A stretch of 37,934 bases of DNA, from positions 1-37,934 of the IMG/VR virus record IMGVR_UViG_3300048599_000888; one strand, given 5' to 3'. This DNA is from a virus (lineage: Duplodnaviria > Caudoviricetes). The notes under the pieces are model-generated. The model saw only the letters and a list, made by a program, of their open reading frames with translations. It did no database searches and was not told the origin of the DNA. The position numbers were made by a program, and so were the translations under genes. Positions 17,144-25,735 of the stretch are shown here, in pieces; the first letter of the stretch is position 1; the number at the start of each line of letters is the position of its first letter.

Positions 17144-20100
17144 TTACTCTGCAAAAATCGGACTGCCGAAGATTGACTTGGCGCGGGGCGGGGTCACACC
17201 ACTGAGCGCCGCATTGAGCGCTGCGGTGAGGTCGAACGCTTTCACGACACGATTGCCGTAGCCGCGGGCCACGTCGAAATCACCGCCCAGCACGTTGATG
17301 AGCACGCTCTGGCTGCCGTCGTTCGCACTGCCCACCGCATAAGGGTAAAGACCATAGCCCGCACTGTTGTCGGTGGGGAGCGTAATCACGGCGTTCGCAA
17401 ACGTCACGTATTGCGTCGGATCGGCCGCGTTCATTTTGTGGAAGACTGCCGCCCGCACCGTGAAGCCAACAATCCCGCCAAGATTCGAGTCAATGAGGTT
17501 CGCCCCCACGGCCACGTCTTCGGGATCGCACGTGAACAGGATCATCTGGTTCGGGCCGGTCTGCATGCACTCGACGTGGGCCGCTTCGGGGATCGTAAGG
17601 TCCGTGTTTTGCGGCCACTCGGCTCCCGGGTTGAGCGCGGCGATGATGCTCGTGATGTCGAATGTGTCGCGGTAGGTCAGGCTCGGCGTGCTGCGATCAT
17701 ACGTCCAGCGGCGAATTTCGGTGCGGTGCCATGGGTCGCTCGTGCCGCCCGAGGAATCGGTCACGCTCAAACTGCGGTCGCCATTCTCTTCGCTGACGCG
17801 GACCACGGCCGCCACGCCTTCCCATTGACCCGTGAGCACGCAAGGGGCTTCGATCCGCATGAAATCCATGCCGACGTTGTTAGTTGGCAGGTTCGGGAAA
17901 AATGAATCGTTGTCCGTGAGTAAATGGAACGTCAGATTGTTGTTGAGGTTGAAGCCGCCCAAGAGCGGCCGGCCGCTGTTGCCATCGAGCGGTTGACCCG
18001 TGAGCGAAAACCAGTTCGTGTTGAGGCTGAAGGTGTCCGTCGGCTTCGGCCCGATGACTCCCCAGTGTGTGGCGCGGAGATTGTTGTCATCGTTCGTCAC
18101 GAAGCCGGTTAAGAGTCTTCGCCCATCAGGCAGCGGTGCCACCCAGCCGTTGTAATTGTGCCGAGTAGCGGTCCCGGCGATGACCTGGACTGTTTCAAAC
18201 GTCTGCGTCGTTTCGTCGAATTGGGTCGCCATGATGCGGCCCGAGGCACTGGTCGAAGCTCGCCATGCCTGGAGGATTTTACCCCCGTGCCGACACATAA
18301 CCGAGTAGGTCATGGTCTTGTTCGTTTCGCCTACGTCGGGAGTAATTGGCCAGCCGAGTGTTGGTCCATCATCGTCCCAGAGGCACCAGACGGGGAAGCC
18401 GTAGAGCGTGTCGCCTGAGGCTGGTGAGTTCGCCTCCGTCCCGCTGTGGCCGTGCATCGAAAACGCGATGCAATCGCCCGCGTCGATAACGCACGCATCG
18501 GTGTGGCGATCTCCCCAGGCCGTCGTGCCGGGAATGGTGTTGTACCAGATTTTGGTGGCACCGCCGTCGCTGGAATCGGCGTAGACATAACCCACTAACA
18601 CCGGGATCGGCCAGCGGTTGGGCTCGCCGTCCGGCCCGAGGAAGACGCCAAAGTATTGCGGGTTGAGCGAGGCGTCGTTTTGGTTGGTTGCGACTAACCA
18701 ACCGCCGGCGTACTCGATAGCCTGGGGTGCCGTGAGCTGCGTCCGTGAGCCGCGGGCCGTGATGCCCGGCTTGTGGCAGGGGATCGAGAAGGCCGGATAG
18801 GCAAGGGCGTTCGCACTCGCTTCGCCCGTCGCCAGGGTGAGATAGTTGCCGCTGAACGGGCAGACGAGCCGGTCACTGGCCGCGAGTTGGGCCTCTTTGG
18901 TCGTTGTCTTGGCGACCCCGGAGGAGTCGCACCAGTTCCCATAGCTGCGGACCTGCGAGGCACTAAAACCACACGCGGAAAAGAGCCGCTGATGATCGAG
19001 CAGCAGGCGTTGCTTTTCGGCGTCGGTCGCCAGGTCGTAGTCAGAGAGCGTTTCGCTCGTGTCGCAAATCGCACAGTGATACGAGCCGAGGGAGCCGTTG
19101 AACTTGCTGCTGCTGCCGTCGTGATAACCAAAGTGCATCCGCCCGTCGGCGTGGGTGGCGATCTTGGTGTCGAAGGTGTCAACGCCACTGGCGGCTAGAT
19201 CGACCGTCGTTTCCGCCTTCTGAAATTCAGGCTGCCCGTCAGAGTTGAGGGTGTAGGAATAAATCCCCCATTTGTTACCGTCGCGGCAAACCAACAGAGG
19301 CGTGTAAAGCGAGAGGACTCTACGGGGGATGCTCACGCTGAGCCGCTCCACGTTGTCGATTCGCAGGCGGGCGCGAAATGTGTCATCGCTCGCCACGTAA
19401 AAGATGTGAAAGTAGTTGCTGCTGTTCGTGTAAAACGAGACCAGCGTTTGCACACCGCCGCCGCCGATCCAGCGAGCGTTGATCAACATGGCCCAGCTCT
19501 TGGTGCCGAGGCGGGGGATCGGTGCGTTACTGGCCGACGTAAAGTAGCCGCCGGCCGTGGAGCCAGCGAAGCGGAACACAGCCCCGCCGAGCTGTTCGCC
19601 GTCGCCTACAGGTGTCAGGAGGATGTCGGTGCCAGGGGGAGGTGCTGGCCCATCGTCTTCCCACTCAAAAAATCCCAGATCCGCAGCGCTGCCCTGAGGC
19701 CGCTCTGTGCCCCAGTAGTCAGTGTCTGGAGCATAGGCGGCGATGGCCGCATCAATCGCCGGACTGCCAGCCTGGAGCTTGAAGTCGTCGGTTGTAGTGC
19801 CCGTGGGATCAACTAACAGCGGGTCGCTTGTGAGTGCGGTCGTGAGCCAAGTGATGTTGCTGTCCGTCTGGCTGCTGGTGGGCAGGTCTCGCGCGTCGAT
19901 TCCCGCTCGCACGTAATCGGTAGCACCGGAGTCGAATAGCTGGACTTCGCTTTCGAGGATAACGTAGGTGCTGTCGGTGCTTGGGGGAGTGGTCCATGCC
20001 GGCACGACTGTAAGAACTGTTGCCGTGTTATTGGTGATCGCCCGTATCTGACCAGAGCCAGTCCCGCCCGTGATCTTCACCCACTTGCAGCGAACGACTG

Positions 20101-22249
20101 TTCCACTGTTGAGAGTTGTCGACCAGCTTGCGCCTGAATCGGTGAGCGTCCCACTTAGGGCGTTGGATGCGTTAGCACCTGCGGTAGCCGTGCCATCGTC
20201 GACCACCAATTGCACCGCAGAACCGCCACCCCATGCAAGCGTTTGATCCGTGGCACTCGTGTACGTGAAAACAAGGCTGCGATTCGTTGCCTCGGGTAGC
20301 GTGTAGCTGGGATCGAACAGCGAAACACCTGCCACGTTTCGACTGGCCACGTTGTAGTTGGCACCAGCCAGTTGCGGAGTAGCCTGTTTATTAAATCCAG
20401 CGGTTGCCGTGCCCGCGTTGTAAATCAGGTTGTTATCAAAGTACGAGATATGGATTCTCGTTAGTTCGTTCGCATCGTCGGCGTTTCGCTGGATACCGAT
20501 TTCCGGCTGATAGGCGACATTGTTCGCACACACCATATTGGTGATGAGAGCTTGCGAGGCGTCGTCTTGCGCGTCACCAAACGAAACAAAACTAACATTG
20601 TTCCCCAGCGTGTTGTTGGAAAAATCGAAGTTGTCGATATGGGTCCGCTTGTTGTAGCCAAGCTCGAAAACACCAGAGCCGTCCGTGTCCGTGCGGGTCA
20701 CGAACAGGTTGTTGCGGATCGCAATGTTGCTTATGAGCGTGTCGTCTAAATGGGCGGTGAACCAGTGGTGCGTGAACGTATCAACGACGTTTTCTTCAAA
20801 CGTGACGTTTGAGTGAATGCCAGACGCGAACCGATTGCCCAGTGCAAATGTGTTGTCGCGGACTACCAAAGGATGATCTGTACTGCCGCTGACGCCTGCC
20901 AGCATACGGGAATCTAATGTACGACCACGGCCCCGAATGCTATTGCCTTCTATAACGCCATCATAGAGGTCGCCTTGTTGGCTGGTGGTTGCTCGTTGCG
21001 AAAGAAACAGCGAGCAAACGCCCGTATTGTTGCTAATGCTGATATTGCCGTGAGAGGCAATCGTATTAAACGGGCTGCTCACCAGTAAAAAACCTAGGCA
21101 GCTTAGCGTGTTGTTTTCGATGTCGATGTAAGAGCACGCGGCGCTCTCCGCAAACCCAATCACCGCCGCGAACGTCGGAGCCTCTTTGCACGAATAAAAC
21201 GTGTTGCCGGTGATAAGAATGGGGTCGCCGCTCGTCCCCGTGAAGTCCCTGATCCCCAGGAAGCCGTTACTATATCGCACCGTGGAATTGGTGAGGCTAA
21301 AAAGGCGATTAGCTTCGCTGGTGGTTGATTTCTTGTAGCGGCAGTCTAAACCGTACTGACGGGCCGAAGTGCCGCCCATGTACTCAAAGACACAATGATC
21401 GAACTTGGCTTCGTTGTAGGTCGTGTTCGCCGTGCTGACGATTCCCCAGCCGTTGTAGCTCAGGTACTTGTAGGCAAGCGTGAATGATGGGTTGCCGTCC
21501 CCTTCGTCATGGTAGAAGTAAATCGTCCCGGCGTCGTAGTCGATGGCGTACTCACCAACTGAATCCACGTTGACTGCCGGGTCGCTCACAGGCCCTAGTG
21601 CTACTTCTGTTTGGCAGATAGTGCCCGGCGATTCGCTCGAAATTGAAACGGACGAATCGGCAAGCGAGCCTAATCCAGTGCCGGCGGCATTGGAGACCCA
21701 CGGATTGGTAAAGGCTCGCACGCCGATATTGCGGGTGTGGTCGTACTGCCAGCTCGAGCCGGTCTTGCTTTCGCTGCTTGCTGAGTTGTTCCAGTTGACG
21801 CCAGACCCAGACGCCCGAAACGTAATCGGCTTCGCTTCCGTACCATCGGCGTTGATGATCCCAGCGTTGGCAATGATCGTTTCATAGTTTGCCGCAGTCT
21901 CGACCTGGATGATCGCCCCCGGCGCTGGCTCGAACTGAGCGTAGCGGTCAATCTCCATCGCCGTGTTACTGGTCGTGTCATTGCCCTTGAGCGTGAGCGT
22001 CACCCCATCATTGACCACCAACTTGCCGAATGTGCCCGCGTTGGTCGCTTGAATCTCAATGGCGTCTCCGACGTTGGAGCTGTTGCTGCCCACTGTTACG
22101 TCAGCCGCAACCGTGACCGTGTGACCCGTCGCGATAATTGCGTTATCGCCATCACCAGGGTAGTCGGTGCCCACGGTGCCTGGGGAGGTATTACCCCAGG
22201 TGGCCCCGTCGCTCCAGTTGCCGGTTGTTGCGGATGTAAAGCTAGCCAT
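17144..22249 (-). CDS. Large multidomain adhesin/fibre-like protein (1701 aa)
   Basis: G8-like N-terminus (TGNWSDGATW...GHTVT), Asn-ladder parallel beta-helix, DPLLVDP...FKLQAGSPAIDA...DLGFFE cap, Pro linker, LamG/concanavalin-like domain, probable beta-propeller C-terminal region. Confidence 0.75.
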   Translation of the reverse strand: MASFTSATTGNWSDGATWGNTSPGTVGTDYPGDGDNAIIATGHTVTVAADVTVGSNSSNVGDAIEIQATNAGTFGKLVVNDGVTLTLKGNDTTSNTAMEIDRYAQFEPAPGAIIQVETAANYETIIANAGIINADGTEAKPITFRASGSGVNWNNSASSESKTGSSWQYDHTRNIGVRAFTNPWVSNAAGTGLGSLADSSVSISSESPGTICQTEVALGPVSDPAVNVDSVGEYAIDYDAGTIYFYHDEGDGNPSFTLAYKYLSYNGWGIVSTANTTYNEAKFDHCVFEYMGGTSARQYGLDCRYKKSTTSEANRLFSLTNSTVRYSNGFLGIRDFTGTSGDPILITGNTFYSCKEAPTFAAVIGFAESAACSYIDIENNTLSCLGFLLVSSPFNTIASHGNISISNNTGVCSLFLSQRATTSQQGDLYDGVIEGNSIRGRGRTLDSRMLAGVSGSTDHPLVVRDNTFALGNRFASGIHSNVTFEENVVDTFTHHWFTAHLDDTLISNIAIRNNLFVTRTDTDGSGVFELGYNKRTHIDNFDFSNNTLGNNVSFVSFGDAQDDASQALITNMVCANNVAYQPEIGIQRNADDANELTRIHISYFDNNLIYNAGTATAGFNKQATPQLAGANYNVASRNVAGVSLFDPSYTLPEATNRSLVFTYTSATDQTLAWGGGSAVQLVVDDGTATAGANASNALSGTLTDSGASWSTTLNSGTVVRCKWVKITGGTGSGQIRAITNNTATVLTVVPAWTTPPSTDSTYVILESEVQLFDSGATDYVRAGIDARDLPTSSQTDSNITWLTTALTSDPLLVDPTGTTTDDFKLQAGSPAIDAAIAAYAPDTDYWGTERPQGSAADLGFFEWEDDGPAPPPGTDILLTPVGDGEQLGGAVFRFAGSTAGGYFTSASNAPIPRLGTKSWAMLINARWIGGGGVQTLVSFYTNSSNYFHIFYVASDDTFRARLRIDNVERLSVSIPRRVLSLYTPLLVCRDGNKWGIYSYTLNSDGQPEFQKAETTVDLAASGVDTFDTKIATHADGRMHFGYHDGSSSKFNGSLGSYHCAICDTSETLSDYDLATDAEKQRLLLDHQRLFSACGFSASQVRSYGNWCDSSGVAKTTTKEAQLAASDRLVCPFSGNYLTLATGEASANALAYPAFSIPCHKPGITARGSRTQLTAPQAIEYAGGWLVATNQNDASLNPQYFGVFLGPDGEPNRWPIPVLVGYVYADSSDGGATKIWYNTIPGTTAWGDRHTDACVIDAGDCIAFSMHGHSGTEANSPASGDTLYGFPVWCLWDDDGPTLGWPITPDVGETNKTMTYSVMCRHGGKILQAWRASTSASGRIMATQFDETTQTFETVQVIAGTATRHNYNGWVAPLPDGRRLLTGFVTNDDNNLRATHWGVIGPKPTDTFSLNTNWFSLTGQPLDGNSGRPLLGGFNLNNNLTFHLLTDNDSFFPNLPTNNVGMDFMRIEAPCVLTGQWEGVAAVVRVSEENGDRSLSVTDSSGGTSDPWHRTEIRRWTYDRSTPSLTYRDTFDITSIIAALNPGAEWPQNTDLTIPEAAHVECMQTGPNQMILFTCDPEDVAVGANLIDSNLGGIVGFTVRAAVFHKMNAADPTQYVTFANAVITLPTDNSAGYGLYPYAVGSANDGSQSVLINVLGGDFDVARGYGNRVVKAFDLTAALNAALSGVTPPRAKSIFGSPIFAE

Positions 22250-22255
22250 CTACTT

Positions 22256-22345
22256 TTACTTTTTCTCGATCAGGTTATTAAACGAAAACACCATCATTCG
22301 ACCGCCCGGCAGAGCGATGCACTGGATGATGAAGAGTCGCTTCAT
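22256..22345 (-). CDS. Putative 29-aa micro-protein (not in ORF track)
   Basis: MKRLFIIQCIALPGGRMMVFSFNNLIEKK; ATGA overlap with the upstream stop; ends 6 nt before the next ATG. Confidence 0.45.
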   Translation of the reverse strand: MKRLFIIQCIALPGGRMMVFSFNNLIEKK

Positions 22346-22581
22346 TGGAACACGCCCCTGAGAAAAAATCCGCCGGCAGCCGAAAGCAGCGACAGCCCCA
22401 CCGCCCAAGATCGCCAAAGGATCTGGACTTGGGCTATTAACCCGATTCCCATACCGTCACCTCTCAGCACCGACTCAATGGCTGTCAGCCGTTCCTTGAT
22501 TTCCTTCAACTCATTAGAAATCTCATCAGCCGGCATAACAGCACCAATGCAACTAACCACGAGAGCAAATCCAGCGAGCAT
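22342..22581 (-). CDS. Holin-like small membrane protein (coiled coil + C-terminal TM)
   Basis: ELKEIKERLTAIE coiled coil then a hydrophobic C-terminal helix, the XhlA-type architecture; a further hydrophobic N-terminal segment if the first ATG is used. Confidence 0.5.
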   Translation of the reverse strand: MLAGFALVVSCIGAVMPADEISNELKEIKERLTAIESVLRGDGMGIGLIAQVQILWRSWAVGLSLLSAAGGFFLRGVFQ

Positions 22582-22615
22582 TCACGCCGCCGAGTCTCTC
22601 TGATTTTTTCCCTAT

Positions 22616-23125
22616 CTAGGATTTCAGAGCCTTATCCAAAAGCTTCAAAAAATCTGATGTATCTTGCGGAGCGATCCTTTGCCTCTGCCCGTCGATCGGC
22701 AGGATCACCGCCCCTTCTCCGTAGTCTTTTACGAACATGACCGTTGGAGTTTTGTCGACTCGCCACTGAGCGAACGCATCAGGTGTATCCAGCTTCACGC
22801 AGATAAAGTCTTCTCGAAGCAAGCAAACCACAGCTTCGTCCGTCAGAATTTTCTGCTGGAATTTCTGACAAGGGCCGCAAGCCGGCCCGCCATCGAAATA
22901 CACAAAGACCGGCTTTCCGGTGCGTGCTGCTTTCGCGTAGTCCGTATAGGGTGTCCAGCTAAATCCGGGCCTCTGTTCCGCCACGATAGAATTCTCAACA
23001 GTCCCCGCGGTCTCCGCGGTCTGAGTGATTAGAGGCGGTGCAAGATCGGGCACGGCGGGTTTTCGCGTGTGAGTCGCGTAGATAACCACGGCTAGAGCGG
23101 CGGCTAAAAAAATCGGTAGCTTCAT
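22616..23125 (-). CDS. Exported/membrane-anchored thioredoxin-family protein
   Basis: N-terminal signal/anchor MKLPIFLAAALAVVIY; AKAARTGKPVFVYF, CGPC active site, FICVKLD, cis-Pro motif TPT. Confidence 0.85.
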   Translation of the reverse strand: MKLPIFLAAALAVVIYATHTRKPAVPDLAPPLITQTAETAGTVENSIVAEQRPGFSWTPYTDYAKAARTGKPVFVYFDGGPACGPCQKFQQKILTDEAVVCLLREDFICVKLDTPDAFAQWRVDKTPTVMFVKDYGEGAVILPIDGQRQRIAPQDTSDFLKLLDKALKS

Positions 23126-23928
23126 TAGTTCACCGAGGGGCTAGGGCAATAGATACAAAGGGCCTCGTCGGGAGTGGCTTTGCTACGGGTCAATACGCCG
23201 AATCCGTTATCTCCCCAACTCGATCCCCAAGAGTTTTTGAACTTCACGCCAAAATCGCCGTTAGGCAAAATCACCCCGTCGACGGCAAGAACCAAATGCC
23301 CCCACCACAACAATCCGAGAGTGCAAGGATCTGGATCGTCGTCGAGGATGCAGGTCATGACCGCAGCGAAAGATTCGTCCGGCAATTGCTCGAATTCCGG
23401 GACGGTATGCAGCAAGGCATTCTCACGGGCCTCGGGCGTGTCGTATTTTTTGTTGATCGCATTGGCGGGCCAAAGTTCTTGCGTTGCGACGCCGTACTTG
23501 TTCATGCCGTTGACGGCGTCGATTGCCCATCCGCCTTGGTTCCTATACCCCTTGATTTTCGCCGCACAGCTTGCCGGCGACAGGTCGATATGAGGCAGAC
23601 CGGCCTTGGCTCGTGAAAGATAAACACCGTGGAGCGTGCCGTTGAACCAGCAGTAGTTTGTCGATCCTTGGGCCAAGACGGGTAAATTGAATTCCGACTC
23701 GTAATCAGAGAGCCGCGACTTCGTTCGCTCCTTATGCTCGATTCGCTCCCGCCACTCTGACTCCGGGATCAACGGGCGGGAGAACGGTTTGCAGAAAGGA
23801 GCAATACCCTCGGGGTATGCCGAGAAGTCGGTTTCAAAACCGCGGCTATATTTCGGGTTGAACGCATCTTGCGTGTCGTCGTCGGAGATAATTAAACAGC
23901 CGCCTAGATCGGATCGGAATTTGCTCAC
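23125..23928 (-). CDS. Papain-like (C1) cysteine peptidase
   Basis: QGSTNYCW (oxyanion Gln, catalytic Cys), WGHLVLAV (His), KNSWGSSWGDNGFG (Asn); LSPAS and NQGGW also match. Confidence 0.9.
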   Translation of the reverse strand: MSKFRSDLGGCLIISDDDTQDAFNPKYSRGFETDFSAYPEGIAPFCKPFSRPLIPESEWRERIEHKERTKSRLSDYESEFNLPVLAQGSTNYCWFNGTLHGVYLSRAKAGLPHIDLSPASCAAKIKGYRNQGGWAIDAVNGMNKYGVATQELWPANAINKKYDTPEARENALLHTVPEFEQLPDESFAAVMTCILDDDPDPCTLGLLWWGHLVLAVDGVILPNGDFGVKFKNSWGSSWGDNGFGVLTRSKATPDEALCIYCPSPSVN

Positions 23929-24410
23929 TGAGTACCCCCGTAGAAATCCACTAATTCGTTAAGCCGATCCAAACTTTCCAGCGGGACTACGGTCCCCGCC
24001 TTTCCGTTCGACACAACAACTACCGGAGCCGAGCCGACAAACTTGTCGAATGCTGTTAGCCAGAAGTCCGCGTCATTGATCGGGCGAACGTCGGGGTCGA
24101 ATACGCGGAAGGTGCCTCCGTGTTTTTTCACCTTAGCCCGCCAAATCGTTGAGCCAACGGCAGTCGCTTGCTCCCGGGTGAGCCCATGGTTGGGGCCCGA
24201 CTCCGCGATAATCATGACGTGCAATCCCGGCTCGGGGATCGGTGCAACGTCGGGAACCGGCTGCGGATCGGGAGTAGGATCTGGTATTGGTTCAACATCA
24301 GGTGTAGGTACGGGAACCGGCGTAGGAACCGGGCTCGGACTGATATTCAGAATCAGCAGCAGAAAGCCGAGAAAGACCGCCGAGATTACGTGCTTGTCTT
24401 CGTTGCTCAT
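23925..24410 (-). CDS. Membrane-anchored protein with Pro-rich linker
   Basis: TM helix VISAVFLGFLLLILNI, linker PSPVPTPVPVPTPDVEPIPDPTPDPQPVP, then a small alpha/beta domain. Confidence 0.75.
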   Translation of the reverse strand: MSNEDKHVISAVFLGFLLLILNISPSPVPTPVPVPTPDVEPIPDPTPDPQPVPDVAPIPEPGLHVMIIAESGPNHGLTREQATAVGSTIWRAKVKKHGGTFRVFDPDVRPINDADFWLTAFDKFVGSAPVVVVSNGKAGTVVPLESLDRLNELVDFYGGTQ

Positions 24411-24694
24411 TTGGTCTCGGATTTGTTGTAGAAACAGATCAAGCAGCCTTGAACGTGGCCGCGAAATTCAGCACAGCCGCTTCGTTCGGCCCGCTCCATA
24501 AGAGCGTTCAGGTGAGCGAAGTCTTTCTCGTCTTGCGACTTCTGCGGAATCAGCTTCGCTACAATTGGCTTGAGGCTACTGCGATTCCAGTAGGCGATAA
24601 CGCCTACAATAGCCGTCGTGATCGCGGCCATCTTGGGATTGATCGCCGTTAGCCATGCGATCAACTGGTCAAAGGTCGTAGGGTCTGGATTCAT
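24407..24694 (-). CDS. Small membrane protein
   Basis: Hydrophobic N-terminal helix MAAITTAIVGVIAYW; ATGA-coupled to the next gene. Confidence 0.65.
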   Translation of the reverse strand: MNPDPTTFDQLIAWLTAINPKMAAITTAIVGVIAYWNRSSLKPIVAKLIPQKSQDEKDFAHLNALMERAERSGCAEFRGHVQGCLICFYNKSETK

Positions 24695-24704
24695 TAGGGC
24701 CTTT

Positions 24705-24953
24705 CTATTCCGCGTCGAACAACGCGATTAGCTTGGTGATGAGAGCAATGATCTCGTCAGCGTGATCGAGTAACCATTGGAAAAACTCCATTGGCGAACC
24801 GAAGCCGGAGACGCCTTTCAGGCCTTCCGCCTCTTCAACCAGCACGTCGGCGAGATCGTTGTCTCGCAAGATCCGCCGGAATTTATCGCGATCCAGGCCG
24901 GCGTATTGCGACTTGCGAAGGGCCTGACGCAAAACAATTCTTTTAACTAGCAC
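24705..24953 (-). CDS. Small protein with amphipathic C-terminal helix
   Basis: GTG start at 24953 after AAGGA SD; basic N-terminus; C-terminal FFQWLLDHADEIIALITKLIALF. Confidence 0.65.
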   Translation of the reverse strand: MLVKRIVLRQALRKSQYAGLDRDKFRRILRDNDLADVLVEEAEGLKGVSGFGSPMEFFQWLLDHADEIIALITKLIALFDAE

Positions 24954-24966
24954 TAGGACTTTCCTT

Positions 24967-25053
24967 TCAGCAACCAAAGTAAATCACAATCGTGAGCATC
25001 AATGCACCAACGGCGATGCTCGCCGCAATCCAAGGTCCGTACTCTTCGATCAT
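24967..25053 (-). CDS. Putative 28-aa single-TM micro-protein (not in ORF track)
   Basis: MIEEYGPWIAASIAVGALMLTIVIYFGC; ATGA overlap with the upstream stop; its stop abuts the SD of the next gene. Confidence 0.6.
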   Translation of the reverse strand: MIEEYGPWIAASIAVGALMLTIVIYFGC

Positions 25054-25628
25054 TTCAGCGTGAACCGATAGCGGTAAAAGGGACTGCGAGCCAAGTCGGC
25101 CGGCTCGGTTACCCGGTCTGCACAGTTGGGCACAGGGTCAACTCCGCCAAAACGATCCGCCGCGGCAACCGCCGCCGAACAATAGGGGGGCCGGTTATCG
25201 GCCGCGGCGTCGTTCATGTCGGGGGCGAGGAAGCAGCGAACTACTGGCAGATGACCCATTGCAGATCGCAGGATCGCTCCATACCCGTAGTCGCACCCGG
25301 CGAGGCGGAGCAAGTATCGCACAGCGTCTTTTCGCCGGTATTCTTTCCAACGATTCCCTGGGTTCGCTTCAAACACGTCAATCAGGCCGGGAAACTTCGC
25401 GACTTGACTGGCTAGGGTCACGATCCTCCCGCCTTTTAGCTCCCTCACCTCCGCACAAAACGGCACGTCCTCCAGCCATATGGCCTTCGCCACGTGCGTA
25501 TATTCGCTTCGCCCGGCTGCCCCGATGAGAGATGCAATCAGCCCGCGGCCGCGGAACAGCAAAAGATCGCCGCTCCGAATCTGCGAAACGGCGTCGGCCA
25601 AATAGATTTCTTTGCGAGCTTGAGACAA
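25050..25628 (-). CDS. Permuted papain-like amidase (YiiX/YaeF, C92-like, NlpC/P60 superfamily)
   Basis: IRSGDLLLFRG, YTHVA (His before Cys), GCDYG, PYCSAAVA (Cys), TEPADL; TTG start. Confidence 0.85.
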   Translation of the reverse strand: MSQARKEIYLADAVSQIRSGDLLLFRGRGLIASLIGAAGRSEYTHVAKAIWLEDVPFCAEVRELKGGRIVTLASQVAKFPGLIDVFEANPGNRWKEYRRKDAVRYLLRLAGCDYGYGAILRSAMGHLPVVRCFLAPDMNDAAADNRPPYCSAAVAAADRFGGVDPVPNCADRVTEPADLARSPFYRYRFTLK

Positions 25629-25674
25629 CCGGGCGAAACTCCACGATCCACAGCGTTACGGATAAACTTATGCT

Positions 25675-25734
25675 TATCCCCGTAGCATAAGCGACGATTA
25701 CCCGTGCCCGCCCGCGGATAATAAGATTCTTATT
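25675..25734 (-). promoter_or_regulatory. Putative late promoter, copy 2 (lysis-like/terminase operon)
   Basis: Same 22-nt box (25675-25696) and AATAAGA-T-TCTTATT dyad (25720-25734), with the same 23-nt gap as copy 1. Confidence 0.75.
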
Positions 25735-25735
25735 T

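Noticed and set aside
2520-22249. Diversity-generating retroelement or invertible tail-fibre cassette
   Set aside because: No reverse transcriptase or serine invertase, and no duplicated template/variable repeat noticed by eye.
22616-23125. Thioredoxin as T7-style polymerase processivity factor or ribonucleotide reductase partner
   Set aside because: It has an N-terminal signal/anchor, lies in a late membrane-protein operon, and no reductase is present in the window.
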